Shown here: piece after piece, positions 36,682 to 45,915 of the stretch
Layout: the number at the start of each line of letters is the position of its first letter
Numbering within the stretch: position 1 is the stretch's first letter
Source: Candidatus Poribacteria bacterium
Lineage (GTDB): Bacteria > Poribacteria > WGA-4E > WGA-3G
Length of the DNA: 64,000 bases
Direction of reading: 5' to 3'
Assembly (NCBI GenBank): GCA_965215265.1
Contig: OZ244048.1
Span: 2,400,001 to 2,464,000 of the forward strand
Translations under genes and position numbers: made by a program
The notes under the pieces: model-generated
Seen by the model: the letters and a program-made list of their open reading frames with translations, nothing else
What the model was told of the DNA's origin: nothing
Database searches by the model: none

Positions 36682-39366
36682 ATGAAGCCACTTCGCCACT
36701 TGACTGTGGAACCGACACTGCCGCAGAACCTTGAGCTCCTGCGTGAGCTTGCCCTGAATCTGTGGTGGACTTGGGACCGTGAGGCGTTAACGCTCTTCCG
36801 TCACCTGGACGCGGAGCTGTGGGAAAAAACGTACCACAATCCGGTCGCCATGCTGGGTCAGATTTCGCAAAAACAGTTAGAAGCTGCCTCTGAAAACGAT
36901 GCGTTCCTTGCCCGTCTTGAAGTTATCCACAAAAAGTTTAAAGCATATCTCACAGCCCCTTCGTGGTTCGAAACCCATTTCAGCAAAGCGGGCATCTCAA
37001 TTGACGAAAGGCAGGGGGGTGAGGTTCCTGATATAAAAATCGCCTACTTTTCGATGGAATATGGTTTGACAGAGTGCATGCGTCTCTATTCTGGGGGTTT
37101 GGGTGTGCTTGCCGGAGATCATCTGAAATCAACAAGTTATCTGGGGCTTCCTTTCGTTTCGGTTGGCTTGCTGTATCAGCACGGCTACTTTCAGCAACGT
37201 CTTTCAGCGGATGGTTGGCAGCTGGCGGCCTACCCAAAGAATGACTTCTATAACATGCCAATTCAACCTGCATTTTCGGAAGACGGTTCTCCGCTTTTGG
37301 TCGAGATTGATTATCCGGAAGGGAAAGCGTTTGCCAAGGTTTGGCATGCGCAGGTTGGGCGCGTTCCGTTATACTTGCTGGATACTAATATCTCCGAGAA
37401 CAGAAATGATGATTTGCGGAACATAACGGATTATCTGTATGGTGGTGATGAACAGATGCGCATCAAACAGGAAATTCTATTAGGCATTGGTGGCTATCGT
37501 GCGTTAGCCGGATTAGGAATTCGCCCGACTGTTTGTCACATGAATGAGGGCCATGCGGCGTTTCTCGCGATAGAACGGATGCGGCAATTGATGGCAGAGA
37601 CGGGTATCCGCTTTGAAGAGGCGTTGGAAGTAACGAAAGCCGGGAATATCTTCACAACCCATACCCCGGTTGCTGCGGGTATTGATTGGTTTCCGCCGGA
37701 TATGGTAAATTACTATTTGGGTGGCTATTATGGGGCGCTAGGTGTTTCGGAGACGACGTTTCTCGGCTTAGGCAGGGCGAATCCGGCTGATACCACGAGT
37801 GAATTTAGTCCTGCGCTGCTTGCGCTGCGGTTGTCCTCAATGTGCAACGGTGTCAGTCAACGCCATGCGTGCGTTGCACGCGATATGTGGAAGGGGCTGT
37901 GGCCGGGACTTCCTGCTCACGAGGTCCCGATTGCCGCGATTACGAATGGAATTCACACCCGTTCTTGGGTGTCAGAAGATATGCAGGGGCTTTTTGACCG
38001 GTACCTCGGTCCTCAGTGGATTGTGGATTTGACAAACCAAGAGGTATGGACGCAGATAGAGCAGATACCGGATACGGAGCTCTGGCGGACGCACGAACGG
38101 CGCCGGGAACGTCTGATTGCGTTTGCACGGCAGCGCCAGGCTCAGAAACGGCGGGCAGGGGCGAGTGGTGCCTCAAATTCCAGTCAAAATCATTACAGTG
38201 CCAAAGCCCAAACACTTGACTCGGCAGCGTTGACGATTGGGTTCGCGCGCCGGTTTGCGACTTATAAGCGTGCGACTTTATTGTTCCAAGATGTGGAACG
38301 GCTAGACAAGATTCTCAACAACCCGGAGAGGCCGGTGCAACTGATTTTCGCGGGGAAGGCGCATCCACATGACTATGAAGGGAAATTGCTGATACAACGT
38401 ATCTGCCGCATCGCGGCTGAACCGAGGTTCCATCATAAAATTGTGTTCATTGAAAACTACGATATCTGTGTCGGCCGTTATCTCGTTGAAGGCGTTGATG
38501 TCTGGCTCAACAATCCGTTACCGCCGAATGAAGCGAGTGGTACAAGCGGCATGAAAGCCGCCGCGAATGGGGTTCTTAACCTGAGCATCGCCGATGGCTG
38601 GTGGGCAGAAGCCGCTGAATTAGGCGGCGGTTGGACAATTGAGACAAGCCCTGTACCTGACGATGCGACATCGGTGGATAAAGCGCATGCCACGGCTATA
38701 TATGAGCTGCTTGAGAATGAGATTGTTCCGCTATTTTATCAACGGCATCGTGTTGACGATATTCCGTACGAGTGGGTGGTGCGTATGAAGCATGCCATGC
38801 AGAATCTGGCGCCGGTTTTCAATACAAAACGGATGGTTTCGGAATATGCAGAACAGCTCTATTTTCCGGCGCATCGGCACTGGCAGCACCTCAATCAAGA
38901 GGGTGCAAAGCGCGGCATTGCATTGGCACATTGGAAATCTCACATCCGGAACCATTGGGATAGTGTCCGGATTGAGGAAATTGAGACTGCATCAGAGGCA
39001 CGGTGCAGCGAGAAAGGCATGGATGCATCCAGCGAAGCACGCGAAGATAGCCCTGCGCATTCAGCTAGGACGGCACTCGGCGTTCTAGAATCGATAAAGG
39101 TGCAGGCAGTTGTCTACGCGGAGGCACTGTTTCCGCATGAACTGGCTGCCCAAATTTATTACGGTGTATTAGACGCGGCGGGTGAGATTCACAACGGCAA
39201 ATCTACGCCGATGCGTTACCAGGGTGAGCTCGGCGGCGGTGCCTATCTTTTTGAAGGGACGCTCGGTTTTCAAGAGACCGGACTGCATGGCTATACGCTG
39301 CGTGTCTTCCCGTACCATGAAGACTTGCAATCTCTCTCTGAACTTGGGCTTGTCACATGGGCATAG
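36682..39366 (+). CDS. glgP: Alpha-glucan (glycogen) phosphorylase
   Basis: NLWWTW, YFSMEYG, YSGGLGVLAGD, HMNEGH, GFARRFATYKR and EASGTSGMK (PLP lysine). Confidence 0.96.
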   Translation: MKPLRHLTVEPTLPQNLELLRELALNLWWTWDREALTLFRHLDAELWEKTYHNPVAMLGQISQKQLEAASENDAFLARLEVIHKKFKAYLTAPSWFETHFSKAGISIDERQGGEVPDIKIAYFSMEYGLTECMRLYSGGLGVLAGDHLKSTSYLGLPFVSVGLLYQHGYFQQRLSADGWQLAAYPKNDFYNMPIQPAFSEDGSPLLVEIDYPEGKAFAKVWHAQVGRVPLYLLDTNISENRNDDLRNITDYLYGGDEQMRIKQEILLGIGGYRALAGLGIRPTVCHMNEGHAAFLAIERMRQLMAETGIRFEEALEVTKAGNIFTTHTPVAAGIDWFPPDMVNYYLGGYYGALGVSETTFLGLGRANPADTTSEFSPALLALRLSSMCNGVSQRHACVARDMWKGLWPGLPAHEVPIAAITNGIHTRSWVSEDMQGLFDRYLGPQWIVDLTNQEVWTQIEQIPDTELWRTHERRRERLIAFARQRQAQKRRAGASGASNSSQNHYSAKAQTLDSAALTIGFARRFATYKRATLLFQDVERLDKILNNPERPVQLIFAGKAHPHDYEGKLLIQRICRIAAEPRFHHKIVFIENYDICVGRYLVEGVDVWLNNPLPPNEASGTSGMKAAANGVLNLSIADGWWAEAAELGGGWTIETSPVPDDATSVDKAHATAIYELLENEIVPLFYQRHRVDDIPYEWVVRMKHAMQNLAPVFNTKRMVSEYAEQLYFPAHRHWQHLNQEGAKRGIALAHWKSHIRNHWDSVRIEEIETASEARCSEKGMDASSEAREDSPAHSARTALGVLESIKVQAVVYAEALFPHELAAQIYYGVLDAAGEIHNGKSTPMRYQGELGGGAYLFEGTLGFQETGLHGYTLRVFPYHEDLQSLSELGLVTWA

Positions 39367-39476
39367 GTTGGCGGGCTGTATGCGGACGAGGCGCGCTTAG
39401 CGTCTATCCAGCGGATAGAAAATTTACGCCAACCTTTTTTTAAGGTTTCTTAACGCTTCAGCATTTGGAAAAATAG

Positions 39477-40085
39477 ATGAGAGTTAACTATACAGAAAAC
39501 CCCCGGCAAGCGGATATTCTGCGAGAGACGGCGGAGACGAAGATTCGCCTTCGCCTCAATCTTGATGGAATAGGAAATTCTGATATAAAAACAGGCGTAG
39601 GATTCCTCGATCACATGTTGGACCTCTTTGCGAAACACGGTTTTTTCGACCTGGAAGTCGAAGCGAGTGGGGATTTGCACGTGGATGCCCACCACACGAC
39701 GGAGGATGTTGGTATTTGTCTGGGCATGGCACTCAATAAAGCCGTCGGCGATAAAGCGGGCATGCGGCGGTTCGGCAGCTTCACGGTTCCGATGTACGAA
39801 TCTCTCGCCCGCGTCGACTTGGATGTTTGTGGGCGCCCTTACCTTCACTATAAGACACCTCTAAGCCAGGGAAAAGTAGGGGATTTTGATATTGAGTTAG
39901 CAGAAGAATTTTTTCATGGATTTGTCAACCATAGCGGGACGACGTTACATGTGAACGTTGCCTACGGGACAAATCAGCATCACGTCATAGAAGCGATTTT
40001 TAAAGCGGTTGCGAAGGCCTTAGATGCTGCTACCGCCCGCGATGAACGTATTAGCGGTATTCTGTCGACCAAAGGGCACCTTTAA
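39477..40085 (+). CDS. hisB: Imidazoleglycerol-phosphate dehydratase
   Basis: RETAET, TGVGFLDHML, DAHHTTED, NQHHVIEAIFK and STKG. Confidence 0.96.
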   Translation: MRVNYTENPRQADILRETAETKIRLRLNLDGIGNSDIKTGVGFLDHMLDLFAKHGFFDLEVEASGDLHVDAHHTTEDVGICLGMALNKAVGDKAGMRRFGSFTVPMYESLARVDLDVCGRPYLHYKTPLSQGKVGDFDIELAEEFFHGFVNHSGTTLHVNVAYGTNQHHVIEAIFKAVAKALDAATARDERISGILSTKGHL

Positions 40086-40087
40086 CC

Positions 40088-40294
40088 TTTTGTATATCTC
40101 CGTAGCATCAACGTTTATGCTTTTTTCGTATATCTCCGTCCCGTCAATGTTTATGGCGTGAATACTCGTGTGTAAATCTCGTCGGAGATTCCTTAGGTAT
40201 AATCTTTAAAAATCAAAGCACCAGACGGCTCAGACGAGATTTTCACAGATTTTAACAAAACATAGAGCGTCATGGGGCTCCTGTAGACGAAAAA
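40088..40294. mobile_element. MITE-like inverted-repeat element (complete 40121-40294 plus a partial arm)
   Basis: Arms TTTTCGTATATCTCC...AAATCTCGTCGG and CAGACGAGATTT...GGGGCTCCTGTAGACGAAAA; the core resembles the reverse complement of the 26-kb copy. Confidence 0.72.
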
Positions 40295-40373
40295 CCTTTC
40301 ATCTATGTGCGTGTTCACGAGTTTTTAATCACAATATCTTTCATTGGATGATAGAGAAAAATAGGGGGATTTC

Positions 40374-41666
40374 ATGAGTACCCAGAACGTTATTGCAGTT
40401 ATCTTGGGTGGTGGGCGCGGGACTCGTCTGTTTCCACTAACCCGCGACCGGGCGAAACCGAGTGTCCCGATTGCAGGCAAATTTAGGCTCGTTGACATCC
40501 CGATCAGCAACTGTTTCCACTCCGGATTGGAGCGAATCTATGTGTTAACGCAGTTCAATTCTGTCTCGTTAAATCGACATATTGCGCAGACGTACCGTTT
40601 TGATACCTATCGGCGCGGTTTCGTCCAGATTTTGGCTGCGCAACAAACGTTGATGGGTGAGGAATGGTATCAGGGGACGGCAGACGCTGTGAAGCACAAT
40701 CAACCGTATATTCTCAATCCGCGTTTCTCAGACGATTACGTCCTGATTCTTGCCGGGGATCATCTCTATCGGATGGATTACCGTAAAATGCTACAAGTGC
40801 ATACCGAAACGAAGGCAGACATCACTGTTTCGGTGATTCCAGTCCGTGAAGAGGCAACGATGGGCCTGGGCATTCTTCAGGCAGATGCGGATGGCCGTAT
40901 TGTAGATTTCGTCGAAAAACCGGAAACAGCAGAGGCACTCCATCCGTTACGTGTGGAACCGGATGTATTTACGTCGCACGGCATCCAACCACGTGGCAGG
41001 GAGTACATCGCCTCTATGGGTATCTATATTTTTAACCGGGCGGTCTTGCGGGAAGTTCTCCAAGATGAATCGAATGTGGACTTCGGCAGGGACATTATTC
41101 CAAAATCCATCGGCACACGTCCGGTTTCGGCGTACTTTTTTGATGGATACTGGGCGGATATTGGCACGATTCGTTCGTTCTATTCCGCAAATATCTCGCT
41201 CACAGATGCGACACCTGCCTTTAATTTTTACGATGAACAGGCCCCCATCTATACGAACCGTCGCCATCTGCCTAGTACCAAAGTTAACAGCAGTACCGTC
41301 CGCTCCTCAATTCTCGCAGAGGGCTCAATAATTGACGATTCTGAATTGGATCGAACGATTGTAGGGATTCGGAGCATTATCTCCAAAGGCAGTAGAATTT
41401 ATCAATCGGTATTGATGGGCTCTGACTACTATGAGTTAGATGAGCTGAAGGCAGAGAACGCGAAATTAGGGATTCCGAACGTAGGGATTGGTCGAAATTG
41501 CCTCATTCAGAATGCAATTATTGACAAAAATGCGCGTATCGGTGATAATTCCTTGATAGTCAATAGCGCTGGTATTGATAATTACGATGGCGATAATTAC
41601 TACATTCGGGATGGCATTATCATTGTCCCAAAAGACGCGACAATTCCGCCGGGAATGAAGTGCTAA
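40374..41666 (+). CDS. glgC: Glucose-1-phosphate adenylyltransferase
   Basis: ILGGGRGTRLFPLT.DRAKP, QFNSVSLNRH, WYQGTADAV, GDHLYRMDY, ASMGIY and IIDKNARIG. Confidence 0.97.
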   Translation: MSTQNVIAVILGGGRGTRLFPLTRDRAKPSVPIAGKFRLVDIPISNCFHSGLERIYVLTQFNSVSLNRHIAQTYRFDTYRRGFVQILAAQQTLMGEEWYQGTADAVKHNQPYILNPRFSDDYVLILAGDHLYRMDYRKMLQVHTETKADITVSVIPVREEATMGLGILQADADGRIVDFVEKPETAEALHPLRVEPDVFTSHGIQPRGREYIASMGIYIFNRAVLREVLQDESNVDFGRDIIPKSIGTRPVSAYFFDGYWADIGTIRSFYSANISLTDATPAFNFYDEQAPIYTNRRHLPSTKVNSSTVRSSILAEGSIIDDSELDRTIVGIRSIISKGSRIYQSVLMGSDYYELDELKAENAKLGIPNVGIGRNCLIQNAIIDKNARIGDNSLIVNSAGIDNYDGDNYYIRDGIIIVPKDATIPPGMKC

Positions 41667-41730
41667 TTGTAGGCATCAGCAACCGTATACTAAAAAGGAA
41701 GTAAAGAAGATTAAAAAAGGAGAAATTCTC

Positions 41731-42504
41731 ATGGATAAGGTACTAATACTTTTGATTCTGGCTCTGTTTGCCATCTCGCCTGCTGTGATGGCATTAGATA
41801 CAGAGGGGCTCGTTGGTTCGTGGCTGCTGGATGAGGGTAAAGGCGACACGGTCACGGATTCCTCGGATAACGGCTTGGATGGAAAAATCGCGCAAGGAAA
41901 GCCAAAATGGGTTGCAGGGAAGTTTGGGGGCGCGATGGAGTTTGGCGGTTCGGATATGGTGACAGTTCCAGATGACGATGCGCTAGATCTTGAAGATTTT
42001 ACACTTGCTGCCTGGGTGAACATTCCGAAAATTTCTGGTGCCTGGCAAATCATAGCATCTAAGGAGACACGGAATCCGACTGGACGCAACTACGGGCTCT
42101 TCGGCAATATCAATACCGGGGTCATCCACTATTCCTTTACGACAAACGCCGGGTGGAAATCCTTTGATGCCAAAACCGCTGTCACGGATGGGGATTGGCA
42201 TCACGTAGCAGGCACTTATGATGGTTCAGACTTCAAACTCTACCTTGATGGAGAAGTGGATGCACAAGTCGCACCCGGGACAAAGCCGGATACCAGCGAT
42301 AATCTCTTTTTTATCGGGGGATGCGATATCGGTAATTATTGGATGACCGGAACCATTGATGAGGTTGTTCTCTACGACAGGGCACTCAGCGATGATGAAA
42401 TCAATGAATTAATGGAAGACGGTATATCTGTAGCGTTGGATGTACAACCGGGTGGTAAACTCGGAACGACCTGGGGCGAGATAAAGTCAGCATTCATCCG
42501 GTAG
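41731..42504 (+). CDS. Secreted LamG domain protein with conserved C-terminal tail
   Basis: Signal peptide, WLLDEG, GKFGGAMEF, WHHVAGTYDG, IDEVVLYDRALS; C-terminus LDVQPGGKLGTTWGEIK. Confidence 0.88.
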   Translation: MDKVLILLILALFAISPAVMALDTEGLVGSWLLDEGKGDTVTDSSDNGLDGKIAQGKPKWVAGKFGGAMEFGGSDMVTVPDDDALDLEDFTLAAWVNIPKISGAWQIIASKETRNPTGRNYGLFGNINTGVIHYSFTTNAGWKSFDAKTAVTDGDWHHVAGTYDGSDFKLYLDGEVDAQVAPGTKPDTSDNLFFIGGCDIGNYWMTGTIDEVVLYDRALSDDEINELMEDGISVALDVQPGGKLGTTWGEIKSAFIR

Positions 42505-42556
42505 TCGTAAAGTCTGCGGCGACCGGCATATTAAATTCGGAGGGTTACCCGTTAAG

Positions 42557-42841
42557 ATGTCTGAATTAAGACAGCAACTTTTGGTGCTATATCTACACAC
42601 ACCGGACCTGAACAGCAGTGTTGTCGCCTGGGCGATGTACGATGGGACCGGTGCTGTGAAGCATACGACTGGGGACAGCGAGACACCGCCCTATAACTCG
42701 GTCTTGGAAGCGATGAAAGATGGATGGCGTGTGATTCAGTTCCCACAACAATTTCCGGCCTACCCCGGCATGGAATATCATACCTCCTATCTCAGGTTTG
42801 AGTACATCCTTGAGAAAAACGTGAGCGTAGGGCAGCCTTAA
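42557..42841 (+). CDS. Conserved-looking hypothetical protein
   Basis: GGAGG RBS; PPYNSVLEAMKDGWRVIQFP...FEYILEK. Confidence 0.7.
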   Translation: MSELRQQLLVLYLHTPDLNSSVVAWAMYDGTGAVKHTTGDSETPPYNSVLEAMKDGWRVIQFPQQFPAYPGMEYHTSYLRFEYILEKNVSVGQP

Positions 42842-42983
42842 TCAAACTGAGATTTTTGGGCGGGCGAGTTTTATCAACGCGTCCATCCAATGCTCGATTG
42901 TAAACGCATCTACTGAAGTACTAGCAGGTCTAAAATCAACAGTCAAGGGTTGTAATAACTGAGAAAATCAGAGGGGTCTTCTC

Positions 42984-43733
42984 GTGAAAAGTGCAATCAT
43001 CGTGGGCGTGTTTTTTGTGTTAACATCTTCTGCCTGGGCCGGCACGTTTATTGAAGCCTTCAATGACGGAGACTTGGAGAATTGGCGTGAACTAAAAACG
43101 GAGGATGCTGTTCACTGTTCTTGGGAGGTCATTAATGGTGAACTTCACGCGATAAATCGTAGTGGTGCTGCTTGTTTCTTCGTGACAGGTGACGAGACAT
43201 GGCAAAATTACACTATCGCATTTGATGTCAAGCCGCTTGAAAAACTCGGCCCCGGAACTATTGGGATTGTCGCACGGGTTGAAGAAGCTGCTGTGTTTTG
43301 GTGTCGGATTACGGACCTAATATTAAACGATCCTGAATCAAAAGTAATGTGTTCTAGCTTTGAGATTGGCGAAAAGGTAGGGCATGTCTTTCACATGGAC
43401 GCTCACCCGTTTCTTAGGGCGAATAAATGGTCTAGACTGAAGTTGAGCGTTGACGAGGATCATTTTAGTTTCTGGATAAATGGGAAGAAAATTGTGGAGC
43501 CGGGAATGGGCTTTATTGTAAAACAAGATGATCAAGCAATCAGGTTGAAGACACAAAATCTCTTACTCCATCCTACGGGCACAGGTAGTACGGGTTTGGC
43601 TTTTTCGAATTATATCGCGCGATTTAATAATATTACCGTCGCCGGTGAGGGTATATTGGACAAAGACGGCTTATCGGTATCGCCTCGGGGGAAACTTGCG
43701 GCGACGTGGGGTAGTTTGAAAAAATCTTATTGA
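42984..43733 (+). CDS. Secreted DUF1080/ConA-like protein with conserved C-terminal tail
   Basis: Signal peptide ending AWA, WEVINGEL, GDETWQNYTI, FNNITV; C-terminus LSVSPRGKLAATWGSLKK. Confidence 0.8.
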   Translation: MKSAIIVGVFFVLTSSAWAGTFIEAFNDGDLENWRELKTEDAVHCSWEVINGELHAINRSGAACFFVTGDETWQNYTIAFDVKPLEKLGPGTIGIVARVEEAAVFWCRITDLILNDPESKVMCSSFEIGEKVGHVFHMDAHPFLRANKWSRLKLSVDEDHFSFWINGKKIVEPGMGFIVKQDDQAIRLKTQNLLLHPTGTGSTGLAFSNYIARFNNITVAGEGILDKDGLSVSPRGKLAATWGSLKKSY

Positions 43734-43794
43734 GGAACACTCATGCTGCAATGTCCGGCTTTGAATCATAACATCAAAGGATTTGGGTGGGTGG

Positions 43795-43858
43795 GCGACG
43801 AGATTTGTACAAGGGTTATCAAAACATAAATCTTTATTGTGCTCCTATGTACAAAAAT
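43795..43858. repeat. Single MITE-like arm
   Basis: GCGACGAGATTTGTACAAGGGTTATCAAAACATAAATC...GCTCCTATGTACAAAAA. Confidence 0.6.
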
Positions 43859-43947
43859 TTGAAATTCCCATAATTTTTGAAAAAAAGTGCAACTTTTTTG
43901 CAACTCGTTTGTAGTATCAGTAACGAAAAAACGCGCGGAGTTGCAAC

Positions 43948-44190
43948 ATGACAGAAGACGAATTCCTTGAACTGGTCCAAAAGCATCAAGTTTGGGTTTA
44001 TCGGCATGCTCTCTATCTGCTTAGAAATTCTGAAGATGCCAAGGATATCACTCAGGAAACGTTCATAGTTGAGGTTAACCTACCAGGGCGATATGCTCCC
44101 GGTTGTGCGCTGCCAGCACCATCTTCTCAATCTCAGTGTCAGTGGAAAACTTTACCGAAACGGACCGCAAAGAGATATCTACACGCTTAA
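43948..44190 (+). pseudogene. Truncated ECF sigma factor (region 2 start only)
   Basis: FLELVQKHQVWVYRHALYLLRNSEDAKDITQETFI, then unrelated sequence; no region 4. Confidence 0.75.
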
Positions 44191-44353
44191 CAAGGGGTTA
44201 TCAACGCCTGTGGTATAGTTTCAGTTGCACTGCATAACGTTCTAAAGTAGACTGTAACTCCATCCTTATGCCTCCTTTGGAGTGTTGCTTTTCTCATAAG
44301 GATAGCAGAAGGATGGACTTATTCAAACATCAAAACTAATTAGCACAAGTCGT

Positions 44354-45628
44354 TTGTCTCAGGAGATCTTTGAAATGTTACAAACACATTTACCGTTTAA
44401 ATCAATCGGCATCCCATCGCTTATACTCGCGGTTTTATTGATGAGCATCCGTTTGACACAAGCTATCCACGCTGACATCGATGCATACGTATTTTCTGCC
44501 AAAACACTCAAAGACCCGGGCAGTTTCGCAGTGAAACTCCAAGACACGCGTGCCGCGGTGTCGGTATCCATAGCCATGCAATTGTCTACTGATACACAAC
44601 ATTTGTTAGGTGAATACGATGGATTGAGGCCTCCTTCTTCTGATTTACAGAACGCACTACTTGTAGACTTAAATCGGCTGCTTCAGACAGAGTCCTTCTA
44701 CAATGCCCCAAATTTTTCAGGTATCCAACTGAGTGAACAGACTCAGGCACTTATCTCGGAAAATCCGAAAAGCGGGGAAGCCTTGCGGCGTCTTAACCGT
44801 TCCCTCTTAGCAGATGCCTATCCATACGAGTTAGCCTCGCCTTCAGAGAAACAGATGCCTCGGCATTCTGAAGGCATTGAGATCTGTAGAGAAAATTTGA
44901 GGACTATCAAACTTGCTTTCAACAGTTATCAGGATTCCAATGGAGATACAGTCCCGCAATGGCTTTCCGAACTTTCACCACAATATATAGACGAGAAAGT
45001 GCTTCTCTGCCCCGCAGATGCGACAAACGGGATGCCCGGTGTCTTAACTGAAGGGGGAAGCGACCCAACACGCCCGTGCAGTTATCTCTATGAGATGCGT
45101 CCTGTTCAGAAAACGGATCATGAACTTTTACAAGCACTCGAAGGGGAGATGACCCCGATCGTTCGGTGTGAACACCATCGTCTCAACCTAAGCATCGGCG
45201 GAAAGCTCTATCGCAATGGACCCCAAAGAGGCATTTATACGAGTCATAAGACGGGAATGGCTTTGCTAACCGATTTTTTGCAGGAGTTACGCACAAAACA
45301 CGGTGAAGCGTTTCTCAAGACAAAAGAAGGCAGAAAAAAAATAAAGCACGCCACCGAGGAATTCGTCCTAAAAAAAATGGTGCCCCAACTCATCGCTGTT
45401 TTTGAGAAAGAAATTTACTCGCAACTTCAAGCAGAACTCGGGAAAGATATTCTCAACACCCCAACCGGTAAGGAGATATTAAAACAAGCCTTGGGGCAGG
45501 CGAAAAGTCAAATTAAGGAGCAACTGCTGGAGCAACTTCAGGCAGAGCTCGGAGAGGATTTTTTCCAAAAGCAAGAAGGGAAAGACATACGCAAGCAGAT
45601 ATCTTCCTTAATGAATTCTAATCTCTGA
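44354..45628 (+). CDS. Secreted multidomain protein with a pseudopilin/DUF1559-like segment and three C-terminal helical repeats
   Basis: CRENLRTIKLAFNSY....P..LSEL.P.Y....LLCPAD...SYLY; repeats L.(T/A)(K/E)(H/L)G..(F/I)....EG/TG(R/K)..I. Start uncertain. Confidence 0.6.
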   Translation: MSQEIFEMLQTHLPFKSIGIPSLILAVLLMSIRLTQAIHADIDAYVFSAKTLKDPGSFAVKLQDTRAAVSVSIAMQLSTDTQHLLGEYDGLRPPSSDLQNALLVDLNRLLQTESFYNAPNFSGIQLSEQTQALISENPKSGEALRRLNRSLLADAYPYELASPSEKQMPRHSEGIEICRENLRTIKLAFNSYQDSNGDTVPQWLSELSPQYIDEKVLLCPADATNGMPGVLTEGGSDPTRPCSYLYEMRPVQKTDHELLQALEGEMTPIVRCEHHRLNLSIGGKLYRNGPQRGIYTSHKTGMALLTDFLQELRTKHGEAFLKTKEGRKKIKHATEEFVLKKMVPQLIAVFEKEIYSQLQAELGKDILNTPTGKEILKQALGQAKSQIKEQLLEQLQAELGEDFFQKQEGKDIRKQISSLMNSNL

Positions 45629-45915
45629 TCTGCGCTCTGCCCTCAAGGTCGCAGATTTTTTCTTGTAGGAATATTCCTTGGGTCTAAAAATGGCGAGTTT
45701 TTAGTCTTGTAGACTTTGATAACCGTTATTCGGAAACATGTTGCTGTTTTGCTTTTCGTCTGCAAAACATCACCAGTTTTTCAATCTAAATAACCGTTGG
45801 CACTTCAGGTTCATTTGCCAGACTTTCGGTCCCCCGCAAATTGTAACGTATTGTAACGTTCTGTTTGGAAACCTTAACAAATAGGCTCTCCCCTGTCCAT
45901 TGATGGAAAATTATT

